A stretch of 64,000 nt of DNA from the human T2T-CHM13v2.0 reference genome, Homo sapiens. The notes below the pieces were generated by a model. That model was not told where the DNA came from. It did not search any database and saw only the letters and a list, made by a program, of their open reading frames with translations. Positions 50,622-63,734 of this stretch are shown piece by piece. The DNA lies in NCBI RefSeq assembly GCF_009914755.1, contig NC_060934.1; one strand, written 5' to 3'. How positions within the stretch are numbered: the stretch's first letter is position 1; every line of letters starts with the position of its first letter. The position numbers were made by a program, and so were the translations under genes.

Positions 50622-51074
50622 GTATATTAAGCAGTCTCTGTAGGAAATGGTTGACTAACTCAAATGAGTGTCTCAATGGAGTTTAATGAAAAGATGGTTC
50701 CCCAAAAATAAGAATACCTAGGAAGGAAATGTAGGAAGCAAGGTGAAGCCCTCAAAAACTGTAGCCACCAAGGCTTGAAGGTACTCAGTGACCATTATAG
50801 CCGTTGGAGAGGGTTTGCTTGGCATGAGCTGTGCCTTCAATGGAGCAACACAGCCACTGCAAAATTGAGGCTGGAAGAGAGGGAGTTGAGGAGGAAATGC
50901 CCCAACCTTCTTTCTTCCTTATGCCTAATTCTTGTCAATGCTTCCCATTGGTTGAACTCAACCAGAAATCAGAAGGCAGAGGAGCTTGATGATGCTGTCC
51001 ATAGAGGTCAGCCTCTTGAGACTGAGCAGTGGAAAGTGATACGGAGGGATAAAGAACAGAGAATATCTAGCACA
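50622..51074 (-). mobile_element. LTR33/LTR41-family ERVL LTR, apparently inserted in an L2
   Basis: cccattggttgaactcaaccagaaatcagaaggcag...tccatagaggtcagcctc...gaatatctagcaca. Confidence 0.6.
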
Positions 51075-51834
51075 GAACATGAGCAAGCTAGCTCTATCCA
51101 AGCAGGGAGAACAATAAGTTCAATTGTTCTGAGATCCGAGTGTGCCTGGAGTGCTTGAGTAGCTGCAAGAAGGCGGATGTGCCTGGAGCAGAGTGAATGG
51201 AGGAGGAATTGTTTTTGAAGATTCAGAAGATATTCCTGGCTTTGACAGTGCCTTCAGTAAAAACTATTATGCAGCATGATTAATCTAGCCATTGCTACCT
51301 GGAATGTTATAATTAATAGAGATTTTGACTTACTGACAATTTTATTACATCATCCTTCATTTTCAAATTGCTAACTGCTGCATGTGAGTGTGGCAGGGTG
51401 AGAGGGCTGGGAGGCTCATAACTCCAGCTAGAATCACCTCCCTCTACTCAGCTCCAATTGATCAAAGGCAGAGGATCAAGGAGTGAGAAGTGGGTCATAC
51501 CAAGGCACTATATAGCTGTTTCCAAACAAGTGAGCTAAGACCCCCCCCACCCCCATGGAACAGAATGGGAAGAAAATGGTGTAGAGAGACAGTGCTTGGT
51601 ACCTAAACTTTATATTTCTTTTGGTTTTTAATCCTTTGTGTTTCTGGTAACTCTTGCTTGTTAGTTTCTGATTGAAGCATTCTAGGAGCAATAATTTCCC
51701 TGGCATTTCTCTTGATTCTGTCCTCTTATTGCGCCAAGGTATTTCTTCTCTTCCCAGGAAACACACAAAAACTTGGCACAATTCTGTGTCAGTGACTATT
51801 TAAACCTTTTGTTGTTTTGTGCACACAAATGTCG

Positions 51835-51857
51835 TGTGTGTGTGTGTGTGTGTGTGT
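51835..51857. repeat. (TG)n microsatellite
   Basis: About 11 TG units. Confidence 0.9.
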
Positions 51858-52676
51858 CTTTCCCCCCTCCTTATAGACAGTGAGCTGCTCAAGAAAGAGG
51901 CAATGCTTGTTACAGACTAGAATCTACCCAGTGTTTTCAGTTCTAGTTCTAGAAACCACTGGCTACTTAACAGAAAGCAACATGTTTTAGATGCATTTTT
52001 TAGGAAGTCAGTATCAGTAGGCTGAACATGGAGTTACTGGGAAGTAATTTGTGATGGAGGTTGGGATTAAGCTTCACTGTGAGGATAAATAAAATTTTGA
52101 TAGATGAAGGGGAGGAAAGGGGATGTTTTCAGCCAGTGAGATAGAATAGATTGAGCAATGGCTTGCAATTGGGTAGAATTGTGATTTATTGGAAGAAAGT
52201 GTGTGGCTGGAGTACCGGCCATGTGCTAATGAGAAGCAGGAGGTACGTCTGGAGAGAAGAGTTGAAGATTTTCTACTCCCCTTTTTAGTAAGTGAAGGAC
52301 ATCAGATCAGGAATGGGTTTGACTAGAACTAAATTAGAGGTGATTCATTATGGTAGTTTATAGCAAGAGGGCAACCCAAGTTGGTGTTAACAGAAAAGTA
52401 GAGAGCCAAGGAGGTGATCAGGACAAAATATGCAATCAAATGAGCTTCTGTAATGTGGATTCCATCCAGAGAACATCACAAAGAGGCCTCTGATCTTAGG
52501 GCAAAGGAAGAAATCTGGTTCTGAGGCAAAGAAGAGAAGGACAAGATTAAATGGGTAAAGTGGGGAGTTGGAGGATAAGATTGGGGATCCACTTGAAAGG
52601 CAAACAGCAGGCAAAGTCAGGGTACATCTCTGAGGCTATGATTTCAGTCTGGGACTTTCTTTTATGGAGGACCTAT

Positions 52677-53644
52677 TGATGCAAGATTTTTTTGGCACCT
52701 GCACCAGCTGGAGACTTCCATGGCTGGCTATGCCCCTGCCCAGGGCCTTACTCGGCTCTGGGCTTGCCACAGGAGGTACCCTTCCTACTTGGCCTGGTGG
52801 GCTGCCCTTGGCTTGCACTCCAGCCTGGATCCCATGCTGGCCACAGGATCCATGTTCAGCCTGCAGCTGGGGCAGGCGTGCTGCAACCTGCTTTTACTTT
52901 GGGCACTGGCATCTGGATGAGGGGAATGCAGTGGTGCCAGAAAAACTTGGAGCCCCAAACGGGGTATTATTACCTGCAGCTCATTGGACAGGGGCATGTT
53001 AACAGCTCTTTAAGTCCCATTGCCCCACTCTGGCCCATGGCTCCTGGGCTCGCTTAGCCCCACCACTTCTTCCCATCATGTAGGGCAGCTACCTGGCACT
53101 GGTGGAAGATGGAAAGCTTCAGTGTTACAGCCTTTTCCATACCCACATTGGGCAAGTCTCAAGTTCTTGTCCTGTATCCAAGAAGAACAAGGTTACACTG
53201 ACAATCAGAGGGTAAGTAGAGTGCAGAGTTTTATTGAGCAATGGAATAGTTTTCAGCAGAGAGGGGACCCGAAGAGGGTAGCCCCCTACCTGAGGCTGGG
53301 TAGCTCTTTCAAGTGTGGCTGAGTCCAGGACTTTTATGGGCTCAGGACTAGGGAGTGTGTGCTGATTGGTTTGTGAGTATGCAAAAAAGGCCACAAAAAG
53401 GCACCATTTAATGATGGGCACAATAGTGTAAAAAAACAGTTAGGGGAGGGTAGGTAGGTATATGTAAAATAGGTGAAGGATGGGGATCAATCAGAGGAAA
53501 CCATGCCAAACAGGAAGAGAGGTTCTCAATCTGGTTCATGGATTTATTAGAGACTTGTAGCTTGGTTTTCAGGCTTTAACCTCTTTGGTTTGAAGGTTGG
53601 ATTTCACCAGAGACCTGCCCCCTGTCTGCCTTCTGACACTATCA
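52677..53644 (-). mobile_element. LTR28-like ERV1 solo LTR
   Basis: Reverse complement starts TGATAGTGTCAGAAGGCAGACAGGGGGCAGG...GGTGAAATCCAACCTTCAAACCAAAG; perfect 4-bp TSD CTAT at 52673-52676 and 53645-53648. Confidence 0.82.
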
Positions 53645-55025
53645 CTATGAATTTGCCCATGGGTAGTAAACAAGTAGCTGTTGAGGGTTCCTGGGCCTGG
53701 GTTACCCTGAATGCCAGGCTGAGATGTTTGATTATAAAACTCTTCTCCATTGAGCCATTTAGAAGCTCCAGAATCCTTACCAAGATAGAATTTCAGGAAA
53801 CCATTGCCAATCCAACTTATCCGACACATAATCCTTGTGCCTAGGCTCTGTGCTGGCCACTATAAAGGACACAAAAATGGATGACTCATCTCTCATTTTT
53901 TAGAATTGTAATGCATTTTCTCATTCTCAGCTCACATCCATTCTGTGGTTATGGACTTTGCAGAACCGACTGCTTAATTCCCTTCAGATGTGTTAAGTCC
54001 TATGACTTAGATATGTGCATTTGGAAAGGTGTCCTTGTTTCTTTCCTGTCCTTATATGAGCATCCACCTTTCTGCAGTTGAAAGAGGAAAGTTGTAGATG
54101 TGGGTCCTGGCTCTGTCTCTTCTATTTCATATCATTTGGCAAATTACTTTAATCTCATCGCAACCTTGTGAAAGAGACATTATGATTACATTGAACATAG
54201 CTGGAAAAGGGGAGGTTGAGAGTTAACATAATCAAATGTGCCTGACATGAGGCCCAAAACATTGGTGCTCACTGTGTTAAGAGAAAAGAAGGTGGGAAGG
54301 AGACTAATTGAAGTAGACACTGTGCCTACATATAGGCAAAAATGAAACAAACAAAAAGTCTAAACCAAGCTCTATCAATCTAAACCAAATTAAACCAAAC
54401 TGAAACAAACAATAACAAAAACCCTTGCAGCCAAGTCACTTTTCAGCTATCCATTATCCAATGAGACTAAACAGGACTTTTCCTGCTATTATCCTCCTCT
54501 GCCCCCATCACTAAATAGAAGACCTTCTGTTCTAGGTAGCTGTTCATTAATCAGCATGCAGCTTCTTCCCTTCAATTCTCTGTCTCCCAATTATCCAAAG
54601 AAATAATTTGGCCGAGTGATGAAGGCCTGCATGTTTGCTAACAAAGGGATGCTTCTGCTTCTGTGGGATATAAATGAATATTCTGTGAAATAGCATGTAA
54701 GCAGTCGCTGTGGCAATTTGTGACCTGAAGCCCCTATGATTCTCAGTGAATCTCTGGTGCTCAATTATGCCAAGGGTTTCTAGAATCAGCCTCTAGCAGT
54801 TTCCTCTGAAAACACCATCAACTACTGTATGGAATCTAAGTAGATGCATCAGAGTAATAACAATTCAAAGAGCTGATTGGAGCCTGGGATAATGAGCCAA
54901 GACTGGACTCAGGACTCAGGGCTCAGTTTAAGTCCCATAGGCCACATAGATTACATTTCCATTAGCACCATGGAGTATTTGTTGTATGGAGAAAGAGCAA
55001 CCACCTTGATGCCAGAAAATATACC

Positions 55026-55378
55026 TGATATGGTTTGGCTGTGTCCCAACCCAAATCTCACTTTGAATTTTATTAATCCCCATGTGTCAAGGGTGGGGCC
55101 AGATGGAGATAATTGAATGATGGGGGTGGTTTCTCCCATACTGTTCTCATGGTAGTGAATAAGTCTCACAAGGTCTGATGCTTTTATGAATGGGAGTTCC
55201 CCTGCACAAGCTCTCTTGCCTGCCACCAGGTAAGACATGCCTTTGCTTCTCCTTTGCCTTCCATGATCATGAGGTCTCCCCAGCCATGAGGCACTATGAG
55301 TCCATTAAACATACTTTCTTTATAAATTACCCAGTCTCGGGTATGTCTTTATTAGCAGCATGAGAACAGACTAATACA
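55026..55378 (+). mobile_element. THE1B/THE1C solo LTR
   Basis: tgatatggtttggctgtgtccc...tataaattacccagtctcgggtatgtctttattagcagcatgagaacagactaataca. Confidence 0.92.
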
Positions 55379-55594
55379 GTGCTCCAGAGCAGTGTTTCAA
55401 CCTCTACAAAGAGGGTCTGGGCTTTTCGAAGACAGTTCCCTGGAAGGAGAAAACAGGCCCTTCCTAACTGGCCTAAAAATTTGTTGGGTAAGCGGAACAC
55501 CCGAGTCAACTCTGAATAGTCCATCTGTAGCTCTGCTTTCTGTGGTTCTGAGGAATGTCTTCTTGTGTATTAATGAAATTAATGGTAAAGATAC

Positions 55595-55855
55595 CAATTA
55601 CTGCTGGCCTCTATTGAACCTGTTGCAAAGTGCATGGCATGTGGAAAGAACTTTATATACATCATCTTCATAAATCCTTAAAAATGCTCTATGAAACATG
55701 TAAAATTTTATCCATATGTCACAGATATTTGGGACTTGCTGCACCTGAACCAAAGCTTATGTAGGATAACCTGCTCAGGGCCTTATAGCTGGGAAGGTGT
55801 AGAGGTAGGATTCAAACCCAGGTTGTCTAACCCAAGTCTGTGTTCTTAACTATGA
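55595..55855 (-). mobile_element. MIR SINE
   Basis: ctattgaacc...aacctgctcaggg...ggattcaaacccaggttgtct...ttcttaactatg. Confidence 0.65.
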
Positions 55856-56599
55856 AGTCAAATTCCTTCATTTTAGACAAAGGGGAATTAATCTGTCTAC
55901 CGACTATGTAAAGCCCTGGGGGAGGGTAGTGTAACTGGGCCCTGACATGGCTTACATGCTTGCTTTTTCTACTAGTAATTGACAGAAAACCTTTCAATCC
56001 ACCATGATGACTTGGTGGGACAGGTCCTGAGGCTTCAGAATGTGTTTTTATGTCTCACTGCTCTGTAGCATGACTTTGTCTCATTTGGGGATAGGGGAAA
56101 ATTATGATTTGTTTTGATTCCCAGTGCAACTTTCTATTTTACAACCACAATCAGTCTGAAGTGGGAAAGATATGAGAAACTCATTTCCTGAAGTTGAGGA
56201 AACTGTGGCACATGCCTTGACTAATGCCATACTGCTAAATATGGGCAGAGTTAAAACCAGAGCCAGACTGGTCTGTTTAGAGCATTCCAATACTCTTTTT
56301 AGGATGTCTGATACCCTCTGCTCCTCTGAAGTGAAATGGTCACTCACAGTATTATTTACTTTACTGTGGCAGCCTTAGAAAAAAAATAATTTGGAGTTTA
56401 GGAGAACCAGAGGGGTATAGGGAAGGCACGTGGTTAGTGAAGGGAAACTTGGAATGAGATGTTTGTTCATTTCTTCATTCATTCTTTCATTCATTTATTC
56501 ACCTAACAAATACCGATTGGATATACTGATTATAGAACCTTTTTTAGTGCTAGTTGTTCCACTTATGTTGAGCTTCTATTTTCTCATCTGATAAATAAG

Positions 56600-57240
56600 G
56601 ATATTGAAATACATCTAATAATTATAAATATGGAAAACTTGATCTCACTAGTAATCATAGTAATGCAATTATACATACTATGAGTCACCATTTTTGTTTT
56701 CACTTTTTAAAACAACAAACATTATAAAATAATGCCTAATGCTAATGAGGATATTATGAAAATGCAGTTTCAAATAAATATTTTGGAAAGGAGTGTCGTG
56801 GGTTAGTAAGAGCCATAAAAAGATCCATGCTCCTTGACCCAGGGATTCTGTTTCTGGGAATCAATTCTAAGTATATTTTAAGAAAGAATCTATGTACACA
56901 AAGATGTTTAATGACAGTTTTAATATTAGCAAAACATGGAAGCAATCTAACTGCTAAATCAAATGGACAATAGTAAATAAATTCTAGTGGATATGCCCAA
57001 TGAAATGTTATGCAGCCAAAAGAGAAAATAACTATCATGAAGTTTCTATAGTAACATAAAAAATGGTTGATACAATGTTGATCATAAATAGAAAATATTC
57101 ATTATTATCATAGAGATGAGGAGAGAGCCTCATAGGAGAAAAGAATCAAATGCTCAAAAGTGTGGTGATAGGGTAGATTAATGGGTTGTTTTGTATTTCC
57201 TGTTTTCTGAAGTTTCTGAAATATGTTTATGCTGCTGTTT
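56600..57240 (+). mobile_element. Old L1ME 3' region
   Basis: tctcactagtaatca...tgacccagggattct...tgtacacaaagatgttta...tgaaatgttatgcagcc. Confidence 0.65.
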
Positions 57241-57249
57241 TCCAGAGCC

Positions 57250-57450
57250 AGGCCATGATGTCAGACCTGATTTGAATCCCAACATCAAACGCTTACAAGC
57301 AGTGTGACTGTAGAGTCTTCTTCTCTGTAAAACGGGATTAATAAATGAATACACTTCATTAGGTTGATGTGTAGATTAGAGAAAATAATGGATGTGGAGT
57401 GGTCCTACAGTGTCTGATTGGTTGAAATTTGTTAATGAATAGCAACTATT
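57250..57450 (+). mobile_element. MIR SINE
   Basis: gtcagacctgatttgaatccca...tctgtaaaacgggattaata...aggttgatgtgtagattaga. Confidence 0.7.
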
Positions 57451-57554
57451 ACCATCTTTATGAGGATTTTGAATGTATTGCTGAACATTAATGACAAAAA
57501 TCTGAATAATATCTATGGATCTTTCTTGTTCTAAGTTTTAATATTTCTTATTTT

Positions 57555-59576
57555 TATTTTTTAAATTTTTTTATTATACTTTAAGTTCTAGGGTACATGT
57601 GCACAACGTGCAGGTTTGTTACATAGGTATACATGTGTCATGTTGGTTTGCTGCACCCATCAACTCATCATTTACATTAGGTATCTCTCCTAATGCTATC
57701 CCTCCCCTAGCCCCCCAGCCCCCAATAGGCCCTGGTGTTTGATGTTTCCTACCCTGTGTCCGAGTGTTCTCATTGTTCAATTCCAACCTGTCAGTGAAAA
57801 CATGCAGTGTATGGTTTTCTGTCCTTGGGATAGTTTGCTGAGAATGATGGTTTCCATCTTCATCCATGTCCCTGCAAAGGACATGAATTCAGCCTTTTTA
57901 CGGCTGCATGGTATTCCATGGTGTGTATGTGCCACATTTTCTTAATCCAGTCTATCACTGATGGACATTTGGGTTGGTTCCAAGTCTTTGCTATTGTGAA
58001 TAGTGCCCCGATAAACATACGTGTGCATGTGCCTTCATAGCAGCATGATATATAATCCTTTGGGTATATACCCAGTAATGGGATTGCTGGGACAAATGGT
58101 ATTTCTAGTTCTGGATCCTTGAGGAATCGCCACACTGTCTTCCACAACAGTTGAACAAATTTACGCTCCCACCAACAGTATAAAAGCATTCCTATTTCTC
58201 CACATCCTCTCCAGCATCTGTTGTTTCCTGACTTTTTAATGATCGCCATTCTAACTGGTGTGAGATGGTATCTCATTGTGGTTTTGATTTGCATTGCTCT
58301 GATGACCAGTGATGATGAGCTTTTTTTCATGTGTCTGTTGACTGCGTAAATGTCTTCTTTTGAGAAGTGTCTGTTCGTATCCTTTGCCCACTTTTTGTTG
58401 GGGTTGTTTTTTTCTTGTAAATTTGTTTAAGTTCTTTGTAGATTCTGGATATTAGCCCTTTGTCAGATGGATAGATTGCAAAAATGTTCTTCCATTCTGT
58501 AGGTTGCCTGTTGACTCTGATGGTAGTTTCTTTTGCTGTGCAGAAGCTCTTTAGTTTAGTTAGATCTCATTTGTCAATTTTGGCTTTTGTTGCCATTGCT
58601 TTTGGTGTTTTAGTCATGAATTCCTTGCCCATGCCTATGTCCTGAATGGTATGGCCAGGGCAATCAGGAAAGAGAAAGAAATAACGGGTATTCAATTAGG
58701 AAAAGAGGAAGTCAAATTGTCCCTGTTTGCAGATGACATGATTGTATATTTAGAAAACCCCATCGTCTCAGCCCAAAATCTCCTTAAGCTGATAAGCAAC
58801 TGCAGCAAAGTCTCAGGATACAAAATCAGTGTGCAAAAATCACAAGCATTCCTATACACCAATAACAGACAAACAGAGAGCCAAATCATGAGTGGACTTC
58901 CATTCACAATTGCTACAAAGAGAATAAAATACCTAGGAATCCAGCTTACAAGGGATGTGAAGGACCTCTTCAAGAAGAACTACAAACCACTGCTCAATGA
59001 AATAAAAGAGGACACAAACAAATGGAAGAACATTCCATGCTCATGGGTAGGAAGAATCAATATCATGAAAATGGCCATACTGCCTGAGGTAGTTTATAGA
59101 TTCAATGCCATCCCCATCAAGCTACAAATGACTTTCTTCACAGAATTGGAAAAAACTACTTTAAAATTCATATGGAACCAAAAAGAGCCCTCATTGCCAA
59201 GACAATCCTAAGCAAAAAGAGCAAAGCTGGAGGCATCCCGCTTCCTGACTTCAAACTATACTACAATGGTACAGTAACCAAAACAGCATGGTACTGGTAC
59301 CAAAACAGAGAGACAGACCAATGGAACACAACAGAGGCCTCAGAAATAACATCACACATCTACAACCATCTGATCTTTGACAAACCTGACAAAAACAAGA
59401 AGTGGGGAAAGGATTCCCTATTTAATAAATGGTGCCGGCAAAACTGGCTAGCCATATGTAGAAAGCTGAAACTGGATCCCTTCCTTACACCTTATACAAA
59501 AATTAATTCAAGATGAATTAAAGACTTAAATGTCAGACCTAAAACCATAAAAACCCTAGAAGAAAACCTAGGCAAT
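57555..59576 (-). mobile_element. L1PA6/7-like insertion with twin-priming 5' inversion (minus 57555-58652, plus 58653-59576)
   Basis: 3' end ttattatactttaagttctagggtacatgtgcacaacgtgcagg; ORF2 frames on both strands; TSD atatttcttatttt (57541-57554) and atatttcttgtttt (59578-59591). Confidence 0.95.
58651..59516 (+). pseudogene. L1 ORF2 reverse-transcriptase fragment (FADD motif), one frameshift near 59185
   Basis: [36 protein letters not shown]..., continued in another frame by [13 protein letters not shown]...WYWYQNR...[14 protein letters not shown]. Confidence 0.9.
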
Positions 59577-62369
59577 CATATTTCTTGTTTTAAACATGGC
59601 GTTTAAGTAGGTTTCTCGTGACAGAAATGTATTCATACATTAATGTGAGGCCAAAATATCGTGCCAAAATGATAGAGTTTTGAAAATAAATTTACCTTGG
59701 GGAATAAAATGAGATTATTTCTGTCTATTTAAAATCTGAACTGGTTCCTTCTTAGGGATGTGAGCCAACATATAGTTTTATATTTAGGGGATTTGGGAAG
59801 CTCTTAGGTTAGAAACTAGTCACTTCCCTCATTTTTTTTTCTTCTAATAGCTGCCCTTGGTTCTACATAAAACTAAAAAGATGGGTCATTATTTATGCAC
59901 TTAGGAGTAATAGAAGAATCTTTGTGATGCTGTATGTTTAGAGCAGTCCCAAATTTTGCATTTCCCAAAGCTTTTGATATGGGGGGAATTTGAATGGTCA
60001 TTTTCTTGGTACAAGAAGACTTATAATATGCTTATGTATTTCTAGAAACTGATGTATAAAGGCTTCCTGGGAGTGAAATGGTTCTTTCAGAATGGCTTTT
60101 GGATGATACATATGTAAGTGAATCAGATGGGTATTGATTAAATGTCCTCCCAACACAAAACAAATTGACTGGATGTATGAAGGGTTTCGCCAGCCCCCAG
60201 TGTTTGATATCCCCCAACAACATTTGGCTTCTGATTTCCAGCTAAGAGTTGAAAGGTGGAAATCTTGCTTGAAAATGTATTAGTGGAGCAAGGAGCAAGG
60301 CAGAAAGACAAGGAGTAATCTCTGAGGCAAGAAGCTTCTGGACCTTTTCATCATATCCATGTAGCTATTATTCAATAAAAGAAAACAAAAAGAACTTGGA
60401 AAAAGTTCTGAATTATATGTGCTAATTTCCCTCCATTCTGGTGAGATAGCATGACAGCCTTGTGTCTTGATTAGACCTGATTATGGAAAGGTTGGAGAGA
60501 GGCCAAGAGAAGTGGTTCCCCAAGGTGGTGGTGGAGATGAATAGGCAGTCCACCTTAATGTTGGTCTTGGATTTGGCAGGCCACCTTAAGATTGATAACA
60601 CTTGACTCAAGAATGAGTATTTATGAGAGTCTTTGAAGCTTGGGTAATATTTTAAAACATGTTGCAGGTGTGAGACTCAACATCACCTGTTTGGATAAAT
60701 ATTCATTATCACCTTCAAACTCTATCAATATCCAGACACATTGTTGAAGCTTGTCTTAGCCAGCAGCACCCAGTTTGGTAACAGAAGTCTAAGAAACTTC
60801 AGAAGTAATGCATGAATTTTCTGCTCTAATATGCTTTTGCTTGACCAAATAATGCTATTTATGAACTTATGCTGGTGGTGGGAATTAGAGGGTTGGAGAC
60901 ATAAGCGTATAATATATGTTTTTTTTGTTTTGTCCTGTGTTTTGTTTCTAATGCTGGACAGAGACCATGTCAAAGTCCTCTGGAGACAAAACCCCATCTC
61001 TTCCACTGTCCCTGGCAAAGAATTGTCAATCTACTCCTCAGGATTTACGCCACTCAGCAGTATTTGGAGAACGTGGCAATGTTAGTCCTAATGGACTCCT
61101 CTTAAAACATTTTGGGTCAGGTGCCTCTGGTATTGAGTTTATTGTGAGGTTCTTGATTCCTGGTTTCAGTACTGGACCAAACACTCTAGGCCTCTATTAT
61201 TTGGAATAATATAAACATTTTGTTGTGAATTGCCAGCTGGGGAATTGACAGCACCCTTTTCAATCCCTTGTGAACATATTCACTGATTGATCCAATATGA
61301 GCATGATTGGAAAATAGATGGCTTTTCTTTGAAGGTCTCCAACTAGGAAAACTATCTTTATATTGAATTGGTCCACAGATCTCTGATGACATAGAGAAAC
61401 ATGCACTGCCTCAGTTGGGATTAGAGGATCTGAGCAGTGGCTGGCCACTCCAATCACCATGCTGTGCTGCCTTCTTCCAAGCCCCATCTCACCAGATCAT
61501 ATGGTCACAGCAGAAGGTGAGTAAATGCTGGAACCTAGGGGAGCACAGTACACACAGGAAACTCTTCTCTCACTCCAACGATACAACTTTCCTAGGCCAG
61601 GTTATTGCCCTTTTGATCGCCTATCTTGGCAGAACCTATGCTTTTCTCTGATGAGGGACACAAAAGCTTCAAGAAGCACCAAGAAAACTTCTTATCTCTA
61701 TTATTATTTTTTATGGAGATTATGTGCCCACAATAGAATGGAGGTGAGTTCTGCTGCAGGAAGTAGATTGCACTAAGGATTTGCAGATAGATCAAAGGGT
61801 AGGAGATGAGGAAATGTTGCCCAGGGAACCAACTTGCAAAAGGAAGATTCCCTTAGTATTTCTTCTTCTTGTCTTCATTTTGATGATGAAGGAGCTGGCC
61901 AGGGAAAGCTGATTTAGAGCCTTCTTCTCTGTATATGTAGCAGGGCATGGTTGGGTGGTTGCAGAATGAGGATATTGTAGTGATCCTATTTACCAAACAT
62001 TTATATTCAATCTTATCTTCTATTTTATCCTCCCCTCTCCCCGCTGATCTATTTTCCTCTTTGTAAACTGAATAGCACACAATGCAAAAGGGCAGAGTGA
62101 CATGAAAGGCACAAGCCCTCATGTGACACATAAATAACTGATCAGAGTGACATTTCAAGAACAGCATAATCCTTTATAAACATGGTTTCAAAGGTCAAAG
62201 CTAAAACACGTTGTGTACTGGCCATGTTACATTGGGCCTTTATATCTCATTGAACATGATTTACATGCAATCTTCCCCAAATATTCGATAACTGGAATGT
62301 CTGATTTTATCAAACTCATAAAATACAATGTGGTGTCTATGATGCTGTGGACCACAGAGGGCTGGTTGA

Positions 62370-62520
62370 GAGTCCTGATTTCACCAGTTACCAGCTGTGT
62401 GATCTAGCGTGAGTGACCTCACTCTGCTCTCTGCAAAATGAAGGGAATCCTCATAACCATTCACAGAGTAGACACCGCTGATAAGTAAGATAGGGTGGGC
62501 AACCACTTAGTTCTGTGCTT
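62370..62520 (+). mobile_element. MIR SINE
   Basis: gagtcctgatttcaccagttaccagctgtgtgatct...ctgcaaaatgaag. Confidence 0.55.
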
Positions 62521-63599
62521 AGCTGAGTCGATGTCAATTTATGTTAAATGAGCAATTAGCAAATGCCTACTGTATCCAAGACTTGTGTCATGCACAAAAC
62601 TCTCTGGAGTATCAAAGTCTGTCTTAAAAATACATAAGGCTTTTGTTGCCACTGTTGACCTGAGCAGCTAGTGAAAGAAACCAGACAAAAGCCTTTTAAT
62701 ATTTATAACAAATTCAAGCCAATTTTGTGGACAAAGTTCTTTGTGAGCAATTTCTCCAACATCTGTGAACGTTTTTAGTTCATTGAATATTCCATGGATG
62801 CCTTTCCAAATGACTAATTTTGGTGTCAGAATTTCTGTTTATTGCTGGTGGGGTGAAGCTCCACACCCAACTCCCATCCAAAGGTGCCTCCATCTCTATC
62901 TTCTCTTTGTGCTTCCTGTTGGCTTCTTAGTGATGCTTGCATTAAGATAATGGTTTTTTTTTTCTTTTTTTGCAAAATTTAACTTGTAATAGATGATGGA
63001 GTGAGAGATGGGTCACATAACAAAATTAGGCTCATTTTTGGTGCATTCAAGTGCTAGCCTCTACCCCAAATGGTAAATTACAAAAAATGAACAGGATACC
63101 CTGAAGAGTTGATGGATTTCCTTCCTCAAATTGCTAAACAGTAGATGGAGTAAGGGTGATTTTCCTAGTGTTAAAAACTATTCCCTGGGGGTAATTTTAA
63201 GCACCTTGGGAAGATGCATTAACTACTTTTGGTTACCAGACAGCCATTGCTAAGTAGAAACTTAAGTATTCACATGAACATAAAGAGGCACCCTAGTAAG
63301 AATAATTAGCAAATATCTTTGTGGGATGAAGACCTGGGTAGTTTTATTGGAAGAAATGTTCTGACTACAGTTTATAATGCTCTTGAACATGAACTTTTCC
63401 AAAAGTAAAGCTTGTAGGTAAGAAATGGCTTGGTGTTTGTGCTGATCTTTAAATTCCCCTTATAGAAAATAAGGCTTTATGAATTTCAAAGATGTTTTGT
63501 GAGCATGAACACATTGATTGTTCACAACAACACTGCCAAGCTGGGCTTGGTGAGGAGCTTAGGATGTTGACTTATTAGCAGAAGACTTTATTTAAAGAA

Positions 63600-63734
63600 T
63601 GGTGAATTTAGAATCAAGGAAACCTGACCAATGACTGGACTTGGCTACTTCCTACTCGTGTGGCTTTAAGCAACTTATTTTCCCTCTTTGGGCTTCAGTT
63701 CTACTGCTTGTGAAACAGTGGGAGTGGATTAGAT
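63600..63734 (+). mobile_element. MIR SINE
   Basis: tttagaatcaag...acctg...gtgtggctttaagcaacttattttccctctttgggcttcagtt...tgtgaaacagtgggag. Confidence 0.6.

Noticed and set aside
52636-53421. Cluster of overlapping 60-121 aa ORFs in GC-rich DNA
   Set aside because: They lie almost entirely within the LTR28-like element; GC richness suppresses stop codons and there is no CpG island.
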